32,000 bases of DNA from Clostridia bacterium (lineage in GTDB: Bacteria > Bacillota > Clostridia > Christensenellales > Aristaeellaceae), in assembly GCA_045599485.1 (NCBI GenBank), contig JAZRWA010000035.1, forward strand, positions 16,480-48,479, read 5' to 3'. Each line of letters begins with the position of its first letter. Position 1 is the first letter of the stretch. Below the pieces are notes generated by a model. It ran no database searches. It was not told the DNA's origin and saw nothing but the letters and a program-made list of their open reading frames with translations. Both the position numbers and the translations under genes were made by a program. Positions 1 to 8,601 of the stretch are shown here, in pieces.

Positions 1-390
1 GTATTCACTTTCAGAACCCTGCTCATCGATCTGGATCAGCTTGGTTCCGGCCTTGGTGGTGGGGAAAGTAACCGCAGCATCGGCAAAGTCTGCCGTCAGC
101 ACTTCCTTCATCTGCGCCGTTTGCTCGGCAGTCAGATCGTTGAGGATATAATCGCCAAACTCCTCGCTGTATTCGATCACCAGGGTGTACTTTGCGGCAG
201 CGGGATCGTCCGGCTCAAAATCGGCCATGATCATCGTGCCGGCGAGCAGCTTGTTCATCGTGTAGCCAGCGGGTACATCGATGGTGATATCATAGTTCGC
301 GCCCATCTCTACCACGGTGCCTTCCGCCAGGGAAAGGGAAGCGGTCATCGCCAGCATCAGGGCCAGCACAACAGCAAACAGCTTTTTCAT
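1..390 (-). CDS. secreted hypothetical protein (N-terminal part; C-terminus lies off the left edge)
   Basis: ATG at 390..388 is preceded by a GGAGGA-type RBS (revcomp of tcctccttg). My translation starts MKKLFAVVLALMLAMTASLSLAEG, a typical signal peptide. The frame stays open to position 1. Confidence 0.6.
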   Translation of the reverse strand, partial: MKKLFAVVLALMLAMTASLSLAEGTVVEMGANYDITIDVPAGYTMNKLLAGTMIMADFEPDDPAAAKYTLVIEYSEEFGDYILNDLTAEQTAQMKEVLTADFADAAVTFPTTKAGTKLIQIDEQGSESEY

Positions 391-420
391 TGTATGTTCC
401 TCCTTGATAAACAGTCAGTT

Positions 421-1011
421 TCAGTGGGTCAGGAAAGTGCTCATCATAAATCCGGTAAAGCCGGTGACTTCGTCACGCACCTGGCACCAGTTGTGGCCCT
501 GGGCGATGACCGTCAGCGGGCTGCCCTGATAGTAAATGGCAATGACCTGAACGGACTTGCTGGGCGCCCAACGCAGGTTGACAAAGCCGGTGGGGCTGCT
601 GGGGCGCACATACGCGGTGTAAGGGGTCACGTACTTGAAGGAGCTGTAGTCGATCGTTTCGGGCTTGGCGGTCGGCTGGGGGCGGGGGGTGGCGGGGGGA
701 GTGGGCTTTTTGCCGGGGTGGGTGCGGGACAGATAGCGGGTCATGATGTACGCATTCACGCCATTGCCGATATCGCACAAGGCCCACTGGGTATTCTTTT
801 CATAACCGATGATCATCACCTTGAAGCCGTAGGGCAGCTCAAAAATGATGTTATCCGCATTCGTGGTGGGGGTGCGGCGGGCGTTGACGGTTTTGCCGTT
901 GGCCGTCTTGACCCAGGCTTCACCGAAGGGGTTTTCCATGGCGAGGCCGCTGAAGGGAATCGCGGTAACCAGCAGGATCATAATCAACAGAACAGAAAGC
1001 GTTTTTTTCAT
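421..1011 (-). CDS. secreted protein with two SH3b-like domains separated by a Pro/Thr-rich linker
   Basis: Internal ATG at 1011 (MKKTLSVLLIMILLVTAIPFSGLA signal peptide) follows an AAGGAG RBS. Two SH3b-like segments (VNARRTPTTNADNIIFELPYGFKVMIIGY...; VNLRWAPSKSVQVIAIYYQGSPLTVIAQGHNWCQV) flank a PGKKPTPPATPRPQPTAKP linker. Stop is TGA. Confidence 0.7.
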   Translation of the reverse strand: MKKTLSVLLIMILLVTAIPFSGLAMENPFGEAWVKTANGKTVNARRTPTTNADNIIFELPYGFKVMIIGYEKNTQWALCDIGNGVNAYIMTRYLSRTHPGKKPTPPATPRPQPTAKPETIDYSSFKYVTPYTAYVRPSSPTGFVNLRWAPSKSVQVIAIYYQGSPLTVIAQGHNWCQVRDEVTGFTGFMMSTFLTH

Positions 1012-1151
1012 CGTAGAACATCTCCTTTTCGAAAATGAATTTCGATTCAACGGCATGATTATAACACATGCCCCCTTGAATTCCGCTCCAAATGTGTACC
1101 AGAAACAGGCGATTTTGAAGTTTTTTTGCAATTTTCAACATCTTTCCAAGC

Positions 1152-1195
1152 AAAAAGAAGGGCCCGCCCCGCATTTGGGGCAAGCCCTTCTTTGC
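1152..1195 (-). terminator. rho-independent terminator downstream of the cystatin-like gene
   Basis: A 10-bp stem pairs aaagaagggc (1154..1163) with gcccttcttt (1184..1193). On the minus strand it is followed by a T-run. Confidence 0.7.
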
Positions 1196-1205
1196 ATTTT
1201 GCCGA

Positions 1206-1811
1206 TCAGTCCGCAGACACGCTCAGCTCGATGTCCTGAATGTCGTTGATGGCAGCATTGCCTTCGAGGTCCACATTCACGATCACCAGTACCCAGCCTT
1301 CCACAGGCTCGGCGGTCATGGTCACCTTGCGGCCCAGCACCGCGTAGTTCATGCCGGCCACCACCTGCTGACCCAGCAGATAGCATTCCGTAAGACCAAT
1401 ACCGGTCAGGCCTTCCATGGCGGCGGCAATCTTCTCGTAGGCGATCTTCACAGACTCTTCGTCGGTGAACTGTTCCCAGCCGCCCATCATGCCTTCACCC
1501 ATGGGCAGCACCAGCTGTTCACGCAGCAGCTGATCCTCACCGGAAACGCTGTGGTACACATAAACGATCTCAAGTCCGGCAGGAGCGGAGGCCAGAATGG
1601 CATAGTTCACACCGGCCACCACCTGGGTGCCAAGCAGCAGTTCGGGATAGATTTCTGCATCCTCACCGACAGCGCCCTTGAACGCAGCCAGCGCTTCCTC
1701 GGTCAGTTCGGTATCCTCGGGAATCATCCAGCCGCCGGCCATCTCAGCCAAAGCAGATACGCTGCACAGCAGCATTACCAGGGTCATCATCAGAGCAATA
1801 AACTTTTTCAT
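1206..1811 (-). CDS. secreted tandem (two-domain) cystatin/stefin-like protein
   Basis: Signal peptide is MKKFIALMMTLVMLLCSVSALA, with an AGGAGG RBS. There are two internal repeats of about 90 aa. Each carries the exact cystatin hairpin signature, QVVAGVNYAI and QVVAGMNYAV, and each is preceded by a GGW segment. Stop is TGA. Confidence 0.7.
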   Translation of the reverse strand: MKKFIALMMTLVMLLCSVSALAEMAGGWMIPEDTELTEEALAAFKGAVGEDAEIYPELLLGTQVVAGVNYAILASAPAGLEIVYVYHSVSGEDQLLREQLVLPMGEGMMGGWEQFTDEESVKIAYEKIAAAMEGLTGIGLTECYLLGQQVVAGMNYAVLGRKVTMTAEPVEGWVLVIVNVDLEGNAAINDIQDIELSVSAD

Positions 1812-1902
1812 AGGTCAAATCCTCCTTTTACATTCCATCGGATACGGCGATCATTCTGTTCGCCGTGTTTCCCGACTTCACGCATACAGTTTAACATCCG
1901 AC

Positions 1903-1920
1903 CTGTACCAAAAGTGCACC
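1903..1920. promoter_or_regulatory. copy 1 of an intergenic 18-mer, CTGTACCAAAAGTGCACC (TGYACC-N5-TGYACC direct repeat)
   Basis: It matches the second intergenic copy at 8413..8430 at 16 of 18 positions. It lies 92..109 nt upstream of the minus-strand start at 1811. Confidence 0.3.
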
Positions 1921-1929
1921 GCAAAAAAA

Positions 1930-2625
1930 TTATGCGGCCAGTGCCAGCGCGGTACCCAGTGTACCGAAAACAAAATGAATAATGCTGACGCCCCAGATGT
2001 TTTCATCCTTGATATACACATAGCCCAGAATGACGGAGAGGATGCCGGCACCGACCATAAACAGGAAACCGTACTGCAGGTGCAGCGCTGTAAAAAGCAG
2101 CGAGGACAAAATCACCGAGATATGCTTTTTCTTTTCGGTATCGTAAATGCTCATCAGGCAGGTCAGCAAAAATCCGCGGGCCAAAAACTCCTGCAAAATG
2201 CTGGTAAGCGGATAGAAAGGATCGGTACGTTTCCAGTCAAAGAACGGCGTTCCCGGTGCACCCGGCTTGACAAAAACTTTGGCCGCCACCATCACCGCCG
2301 CCACAACGGCCGAAATGATGCCGGCACGGATCAGGCTTGATTTGATGTTTTTGAATCCGAAGCCCAGGTCCTTTAGCTTCAGCTTGGTTTTGGTCTGGGT
2401 CAGGATAAACATCAGAATGGCAATGATCTCCACGCCATAGGTCATTTTGGGCAGCGGAATGGGTTTTCCAAGCAGGCGCCACAATTCCACCAGCATGACC
2501 CACACCGAGGTCGCCGCCAGAAAGACAGAGAAGCAGAATGTTGCTTCGCTCTTGCGGCGGTTCAGTTCCTTTTCCACCACTTCCATGATTCGCAGGTTGT
2601 TTTCCAGCATGTCGGTCTGTTGCAT
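1930..2625 (-). CDS. CPBP family (CAAX/Abi-type) intramembrane metalloprotease
   Basis: Multi-pass membrane protein with the family motifs QEFLARGF (EExxxR-like), FTALH and IIHFVFG. GGAGG RBS is present. Stop is TAA. Confidence 0.75.
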   Translation of the reverse strand: MQQTDMLENNLRIMEVVEKELNRRKSEATFCFSVFLAATSVWVMLVELWRLLGKPIPLPKMTYGVEIIAILMFILTQTKTKLKLKDLGFGFKNIKSSLIRAGIISAVVAAVMVAAKVFVKPGAPGTPFFDWKRTDPFYPLTSILQEFLARGFLLTCLMSIYDTEKKKHISVILSSLLFTALHLQYGFLFMVGAGILSVILGYVYIKDENIWGVSIIHFVFGTLGTALALAA

Positions 2626-2658
2626 TTTTGTTCCTCCTGATTATTTTGTTACTCTAAT

Positions 2659-4449
2659 TCAGACGATCTTCAGCGTCATGGTCAGCTCGTTGCAGCCATC
2701 CGCGTAGCGGTAGTTCATTTCATCCATCATTTTGCGGGTCATAAACACGCCAAGGCCGCCGATGCGGCGTTCTTCCGCGCTCTGATTGATGTCAGGGTCG
2801 GCATTCTGCAGTGGATCGAACGGCACGCCGTTATCCCGCAGAAGCAGTGTGACCCGGCTATCATCCGCCCGGCATATCACCTCAGCCCAGCCCGCTCCGC
2901 TGTAATGCACAATGTTGCTGTACATTTCATCCAATGCGATGTTGATCTTGGTGGCCTGCTTCATGGGGATGCCGGCTTGCTCCATGATCTGCGCGACATA
3001 TTCCTGTACCGTGGGAACCGATGCCGGGTCGGGACGAATCTGCAGTCCCTCCCGCTGCACAAGGCTGTTCAGACGAATCGCCAGCATGGTAGAGTCATCA
3101 AACTGCGGCGCCTTTCCGGCAAAAGCATTTACATCCTGCTGCACCGCATCCACAAGCGATTGCACATCCATCTGCGGTTTGCCCTTCAGCACCGAGATCA
3201 GCCGTTCCATGCCATACATCTGTGCGGCGCTGTTGTGGGCTTCGGGGATACCGTCTGTATACACAAACAACGTATCGCCGGGATGCAGTTGAAGGGTCTC
3301 ATCCCGGTAACGCATGCCCTCCATGCCGCCCAGTACCATGCCGTGCTTGGTATGGATGACTTCCACCGTACCGTCCCTGCGGCAAATAATGGGGTTTTCA
3401 TGTCCCGCGTTGGCACTGACCATTTCGCCGGTCGTCAGGTCGATGATGCCGATCCACACCGTGACAAACATGTCATTGATATTTTTTTCGCAAAGCTGAT
3501 GGTTGACCATCGTCAGCACCTTGCCGGGCGTACGCCCCGCGGAAGCGCTGTTATCCAGCAGAATTTTGGAGACCATCATAAACAGCGCCGCCGGCACGCC
3601 CTTGCCGGAAACATCGGCGATGACCAGTGCCAGATGCGTTGGGTCAACATAGAAGAAATCGTAAAAATCTCCGCCGACCTCTTTTGCCGGAAGGATGCTG
3701 GTCGCCAGCTCAAAGGGAGCCTCACACCCTTCGCACAGCGTCTTCGCATCAGGCAGCGATTTCAACTGGATCTGGGTCGCCGTATGCAGCTCCGTTTCCA
3801 CACGGCTGTGCTCCTGACTGATGACAGCCTGCGTTTCAACCATGGCACGTCCCCGGTGGGCAATCTCCACGCATACCGCCGAGATCAACGCAAACAAGAA
3901 CCACTTGGGCAGAAAGCTCGTCGCCATGATGTCGTAGGCATACTCGGACGCATCCAGCAGAATGTTTTTATCCACCGGGGTAAAGCCCGTCGCGGCGCCC
4001 AGATAGGTCGTAACAGAAAACACAACTGTCGTAATGGCAGCCACCACGGCCGTAAACTTGCGGGAATAATACCGCGTACTGAACACGACGGGGATCAATA
4101 TGGACAATTCCGCATTGAAGCCCAGCCCGCAGTCCAGTCGTGCCTGTCCCAGAATCAGCCCTGCCAGCAGCAGGTTCTTCAGCCACGGCTTTGCATATCT
4201 GTATCGAAAGCTCACCAGGCACGGCAGCATATGCCACACGATTGTCGCAATGCCCGTGGTATAAACTGTCTGCGCGTTCTCGGTAAAAATGCCGGCAGCC
4301 GTCAGCAGCATGCTGAACGCCATGACCGCCGCGCAGATACACATAAAAAACGTGGTCAGTCGGTTGGCTTCGATTTCATTCTGCCACAGTACCTCTCTGG
4401 TCAGGGGACTGTCGGATTGCTTTGGATGCCGTTGCAGCGGCAGCTTCAT
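2659..4449 (-). CDS. membrane-anchored SpoIIE/PP2C serine phosphatase fused to a C-terminal RsbW/SpoIIAB-like HATPase (anti-sigma kinase) domain
   Basis: N-terminal half is hydrophobic and multi-TM. PP2C motifs are GGDFYDFF, VADVSGKGVPAALFM, FVYTDGIPEA and DDSTMLAIRL. The C-terminal ATPase shows DEMYSNIVHY (N box), DNGVPFDP and GGLGVFM. Stop is TGA. Confidence 0.8.
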   Translation of the reverse strand: MKLPLQRHPKQSDSPLTREVLWQNEIEANRLTTFFMCICAAVMAFSMLLTAAGIFTENAQTVYTTGIATIVWHMLPCLVSFRYRYAKPWLKNLLLAGLILGQARLDCGLGFNAELSILIPVVFSTRYYSRKFTAVVAAITTVVFSVTTYLGAATGFTPVDKNILLDASEYAYDIMATSFLPKWFLFALISAVCVEIAHRGRAMVETQAVISQEHSRVETELHTATQIQLKSLPDAKTLCEGCEAPFELATSILPAKEVGGDFYDFFYVDPTHLALVIADVSGKGVPAALFMMVSKILLDNSASAGRTPGKVLTMVNHQLCEKNINDMFVTVWIGIIDLTTGEMVSANAGHENPIICRRDGTVEVIHTKHGMVLGGMEGMRYRDETLQLHPGDTLFVYTDGIPEAHNSAAQMYGMERLISVLKGKPQMDVQSLVDAVQQDVNAFAGKAPQFDDSTMLAIRLNSLVQREGLQIRPDPASVPTVQEYVAQIMEQAGIPMKQATKINIALDEMYSNIVHYSGAGWAEVICRADDSRVTLLLRDNGVPFDPLQNADPDINQSAEERRIGGLGVFMTRKMMDEMNYRYADGCNELTMTLKIV

Positions 4450-4515
4450 AAAAAATCAGCTCCTGTAACGCTTTGTGATCTCCGCGCCATTGCTTTGCGT
4501 GCTCCGCTGCGGGTT

Positions 4516-5331
4516 TTATTCCTGCTGCAGGAAGTTCAGCACCCGCTGTTTTACTTCGGGCGCTTCATCAAACACCGCGTGGCTGTACTGATCATACAGC
4601 TGCAGCGGGCAGTTCAGTCCCTGCGCCAGCTCCCGGGCGGAGGATACATCGATCACACGGTCATTCACATCCGCCAACACCAGCACGGGACAATGAATCC
4701 GGTCCAGTTTTTCATATACGCAAAAGGTAAGGCATGCTTCCGCCTCCACCATAAAACGCACGCAGTCCTCAGCCGATCCCTGCCGCTCCATGGCACAAAA
4801 AGCCTCCGCGTACTTCTCACGGTAAGCAGGGGAATAGACCCTCTCCGCAAAACAGCGCTGAATGCCCGCCACGTCCCCTTGTTCTGCCAAGCGCAGCCAC
4901 TCGGCAACGGTCTCGCGCATGACGTTCCCCGCCCGGGCCTGGGTGGAGCACAGTGCCAGCTTGCGCACCAAGCCGGGGTGCGCAAGTGCCAGGCTGAGTC
5001 CCATCATACCGCCCTGCGAGACGCCGTACACGTCGGCTTCCTTCACACCGAAGGTGCAAAGAGCGCGATAAACATCCTCCGCCATGTCCGCCACCTGATA
5101 ATCCTTTGGCAGCGCCTTTTTGCGGTCAAAAAGATAAACCGTATACTCCTCCGCAAAGTCGGCATAAGCAGCCGCAACGCCCGCTCCCGCTCCCTCCAGA
5201 CCGCACAGGCTGACACCCGACAGCAGAACAAACACTTTTTTTCCATGTCCAAAGCGGATGACATTCAGATAGGTGTCCTCCAAAGGCACATGGATCTCTT
5301 CCACCGTTTTCAGCAGTTCTTCGGTTGTCAT
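4516..5331 (-). CDS. alpha/beta hydrolase (RsbQ-like position next to a PP2C phosphatase)
   Basis: Nucleophile elbow is GVSQGG, and a C-terminal His lies in the context YSHAVFDE. ATG at 5331 follows an AGAGGA RBS; the track TTG start at 5352 is less likely. Stop is TAA. Confidence 0.7.
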   Translation of the reverse strand: MTTEELLKTVEEIHVPLEDTYLNVIRFGHGKKVFVLLSGVSLCGLEGAGAGVAAAYADFAEEYTVYLFDRKKALPKDYQVADMAEDVYRALCTFGVKEADVYGVSQGGMMGLSLALAHPGLVRKLALCSTQARAGNVMRETVAEWLRLAEQGDVAGIQRCFAERVYSPAYREKYAEAFCAMERQGSAEDCVRFMVEAEACLTFCVYEKLDRIHCPVLVLADVNDRVIDVSSARELAQGLNCPLQLYDQYSHAVFDEAPEVKQRVLNFLQQE

Positions 5332-5374
5332 TCTTTCTGTCCTCTTTAACAACGCTTTTGTCCTGTCCCGCCGA

Positions 5375-5671
5375 TCATTCGATGGTCAGCACATCCGCGA
5401 AGCCGGTAATTTCAAACACTTCCATGATGTTTGCATTCACATGGTATACCTTCATGCTGCCTTGTGTATTCATCACCTTCTGTGCCGTCAGCAGCACACG
5501 CAGACCGGCGGAGGAAACATACTCCAGTTTGGCAAAATCAAACACCAGCTCCTTGATGCCATCCAGAGAAGCACTCAGCTCCTTTTCCAGATTGGGAGAG
5601 GTCACCGTATCCAGTCGGCCTTCCAGCACCATTTCAAGCTTATTGCCATTCTGATTCTTGATAATGTTCAT
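5375..5671 (-). CDS. STAS-domain anti-sigma-factor antagonist (SpoIIAA/RsbV-like)
   Basis: 98 aa with the family core LEYVSSAGLRVLL, which includes the phosphorylatable-Ser context. GAAGGA RBS is present. Stop is TGA. Confidence 0.8.
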   Translation of the reverse strand: MNIIKNQNGNKLEMVLEGRLDTVTSPNLEKELSASLDGIKELVFDFAKLEYVSSAGLRVLLTAQKVMNTQGSMKVYHVNANIMEVFEITGFADVLTIE

Positions 5672-5689
5672 TGTATTATCCTTCTTTCT

Positions 5690-6859
5690 TTAAAATGTCA
5701 GTGAATCCACACGGGGCAGCAGCTCCGCCAGCTGTCCCATATAGTAGGCCGCCAGCCGCTTTCCGTCTTCCGTATGCCCCATCCGGCGGATGGTACGGCG
5801 CATCAAACGCGCATAGCCGATCACGCGCACCTTATCCAGTATTGCACGGTAGGCAGCTTCATCTTTCAGGTCAAAATACTCTTCAAAAATCAAGTGCATC
5901 AGCTCCGCGCAGGTTTCATGAGAAATGCCGAAAAAGGACGTGACCTCCCTGGGGTCCAGCTCGCCGTATCCCTGATAATCGATGTAGATCGCGGCAAACT
6001 CAAACACCGGATGCCCCTGGCTCAGGGTATCCATATCGATCAGCAGAGGCTCCCCATTCTGGAGCATCACATTCTTCACATGGCAATCCCCATGCACCAC
6101 ATGCGTATCCCGGGGTACCGCCTCGATCAGTTGACGCAGCTTCCGATACTGTTCCTGCGGAAGATGGTCCCGCAAAAAATCCGCCCAGTCCAAAGCCGTC
6201 TGCCTTGCATCGGGAAATTCCCCGGGCTTCACCTTGGTGGCATGGATCTTTTTGAGCAGCTCTGTCATCATGTGCGCACATTCCGGCAGCCGATCCGGTT
6301 CCTTTTTGAGGATATCCGCCACCGATCCGGCATTCAGCATTTCAAACACAGAGCCATAGCCGTCTCCGACACGCACCACGTCATAGGGTATGGCCGTCGG
6401 CAGACCCGCCACAAACGCCTTGCGGGCGAGTTCTCTTTCTCTCCGAATCTAAGGCAAGCTGTCGGCATGGCGGTACACCTTAATGACGGTTTCCCCATCC
6501 AGGCGGTATACCGTGCCGTTTGCCCCCTGACCGATCCTCTCACAGCCTTCAATATTCAGCCGGCGATACGCCTTGCTCACCGGGATCATTTCGGTAAAGC
6601 CGGTCATATCCAGGATATCATATACTTCGGCGGAGGCATTGATCATTTTCATTTCCGGATAGTCCTTACGCAGCCGCAGCACCACCCGAAGCCCTGCACT
6701 GGAGATGTACACCAGTTTTTCAAGGTCAAGCACAAGTCCCGGGGCAGCGTTTGCCGCGCACACGGCACGCATTTCCTTTTCCGTGCTGTCTGCGTTGGCA
6801 GAATCGATCCGTCCTTCCGGGAACAGCGTCAGCGCCCCGTCCGCAACCCGATGGTTCAC
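5690..6859 (-). CDS. STAS domain fused to an APH/choline-kinase-fold phosphotransferase domain; one in-frame TAG at 6449..6451
   Basis: Track ORFs 6449..6859 and 5690..6412 share one frame (start coordinates 6859 and 6412 are both 1 mod 3). They are separated only by TAG. The kinase N-lobe (GQGANGTVYRLDGETVIKVY) sits upstream of the TAG, and the rest (AFVAGLPTAIPYD ... HGDCHVKNVML ... LIDMD) sits downstream. GTG start follows a GGGAAGGGAG RBS. True stop is TAA. Confidence 0.75.
6449..6451 (-). other. in-frame TAG codon inside the STAS-kinase CDS
   Basis: Forward cta reads as TAG on the minus strand. Protein context is ...YRHADSLP-TAG-IRRERELARKAF... Confidence 0.9.
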
Positions 6860-6891
6860 CGGCAGTCATCTCCCTTCCCAATCAATCTTTG

Positions 6892-8364
6892 TTACAGCAC
6901 CAGATCGGCCAGCGTCAGCGTATCGGTGAATTTGCTGTCATAGCCCGAACGCATCACAATGGTAATGTATTCCTGACCGTTTTTTCGGAAAGCGGCAATC
7001 AGGCAGTTGCCCGCGCGCGAGGTCGCTCCCGTTTTGATGCCCACACAATCCGCGTCAAAGAATTCGCTTTCCTCCCGCAGGATCACATTGGTGTTTTTCA
7101 GTGTGAGCGCGGTGTTGCCCGTGCCGATCGTCATTTCAGGGGCGCTGCAGATTTCAGACAGTACCGGATCCGCCAGCACTGCTGAAGCGATTCTGCACAG
7201 ATCCTCCACCGTGGTCATCTGCCCATCGTCGTCCAGACCATCCACGTTTTTTACCGTGGTGTGCAGGGCGCCCAGGCTTTGAAGTTTTGCATTCGCCGCA
7301 GCAAGAAAAGCGTTCAGTGCCTCCGTTTCCGAAGCATTCGGGTTTCCGAGCTGCGCCCTTCCGCAAAAAACGCCCAGCACATAGGAGGCATCCGCACCTG
7401 AAGCGATCAAAGACCCCGCCAGCAGCTCCCGCACCGTATAGGTCGACCCCATGGCAATGCCTGCCCTCGAGCAGTCCATCGGCACGCGCAGGATCTCGCG
7501 GCCCACGGTGACCGTTGCATCGGGGGAAACCTCCTCCAACGTCGTCAGCCCCAGCACCAGCTTGATGGTTGAAGCCGGGAAGATGCTTGATTGTTCGTTT
7601 GCAGCAAACAGCACCTTTTCCCCGGTGCGGTCCCACAGCAGGGCATTTTCCGCATTCAGTGAAAAATGCCGCGTCTCACCATTGATTTCAGCCGAATATT
7701 CCTTTCCCATTGACCGGGTCACGATGGCGTTGGCCGACATGAGCCCAATGCCGTAGGTGACCAGCATGATCAAGGAAAGCAGCGGCACTGCCATCTTACC
7801 GCGCCAGCGCTTGGGCAATTCCGGCATCAGCTTATCCCCCAGGGGGGTGTGATCCAGCCGGGTCTTATGCCAGATGACGCACAGTGCGCCGCCCAGCAAA
7901 CCGCTCAGGGTGTTGATGATCACATCGTCAATGTCTGTGACGCGGCCGATAAACATCTGCAGCACTTCCATCGTCGCGCTGATGAGTGCCGTTCGCCACA
8001 GCACGTTCAGCAGGCGACGCCCTGCCTTGACGCGGTCATTCAGCACTGAGAAAAAGCCAAAGGGCACAAACAGAAGCAGATTGCCGATCAGTTCCTTCGG
8101 GTCGGTCATCAGCCGATGAAACGCCTTGAAGGGAATCAGGTTTACACGCGCCGTGGAAAAACGGAACGGACGCAGCATGTAGTTGGGAAACAGGATCAGA
8201 ACAAACAGCCCGCCGATGTACAGTGCGTACAATGCCAGCATGACCTTGTGCACAGTATGCCCTTTTTCAAAAAAGAACTTCCGATACAGAATAAAAAAGA
8301 GCGAAAACAGCACCACGGCCACCAGCACGCCCCAGAAAACCCTTGAAGTGATCAGCATCGGCAT
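6892..8364 (-). CDS. VanZ-like membrane domain fused to a D-alanyl-D-alanine carboxypeptidase (peptidase S11) domain
   Basis: The N-terminal 170 aa are VanZ-like (LIPFKAF..., LLLFVPFGFF, ATMEVLQMFIGRVTDIDDVIINTLSG). The C-terminal part carries the serine-peptidase motifs PASTIKL (SxxK), SGADAS and IKTGAT (KTG). The start may be the second ATG at 8358. Stop is TAA. Confidence 0.75.
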   Translation of the reverse strand: MPMLITSRVFWGVLVAVVLFSLFFILYRKFFFEKGHTVHKVMLALYALYIGGLFVLILFPNYMLRPFRFSTARVNLIPFKAFHRLMTDPKELIGNLLLFVPFGFFSVLNDRVKAGRRLLNVLWRTALISATMEVLQMFIGRVTDIDDVIINTLSGLLGGALCVIWHKTRLDHTPLGDKLMPELPKRWRGKMAVPLLSLIMLVTYGIGLMSANAIVTRSMGKEYSAEINGETRHFSLNAENALLWDRTGEKVLFAANEQSSIFPASTIKLVLGLTTLEEVSPDATVTVGREILRVPMDCSRAGIAMGSTYTVRELLAGSLIASGADASYVLGVFCGRAQLGNPNASETEALNAFLAAANAKLQSLGALHTTVKNVDGLDDDGQMTTVEDLCRIASAVLADPVLSEICSAPEMTIGTGNTALTLKNTNVILREESEFFDADCVGIKTGATSRAGNCLIAAFRKNGQEYITIVMRSGYDSKFTDTLTLADLVL

Positions 8365-8412
8365 CTCTCCCGCTTCATAGCAATGGCATTTTCATTCATA
8401 ATACTATCAGCA

Positions 8413-8430
8413 CTGTACCAAATTTGCACC
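8413..8430. promoter_or_regulatory. copy 2 of the intergenic 18-mer, CTGTACCAAATTTGCACC
   Basis: It matches 1903..1920 at 16 of 18 positions. It lies in the divergent intergenic region between the minus-strand start at 8364 and the plus-strand start at 8602. Confidence 0.3.
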
Positions 8431-8601
8431 AAAGCCGCGTGATTGGGCTTTGGGGTTCAGCACTCCAGCATCATGATAAACGATTCCATGTCATGCGTCA
8501 AGCAGGTTTCCGGACAAACAGACCGTATTTTTCCTTCTATATTTATGGATTCCATGCTATAATAAAGGGGGATTAACAATCTGTCATGGAGGGATCATCC
8601 T

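Noticed and set aside
2905-5349. Very long plus-strand ORF (814 aa) opposite the PP2C and hydrolase genes. Similar antisense giants occur at 10377..13184, 13033..14271, 14252..15775, 15897..18416, 18531..19700, 20248..21357, 24827..26122, 26302..27732 and 29004..30032.
   Set aside because: These are shadow ORFs of strongly domain-supported genes on the opposite strand. Their translations are low-complexity and rich in Arg, His, Gly and Gln. They have no recognisable motifs and no RBS. Such ORFs are typical of GC-rich coding DNA.
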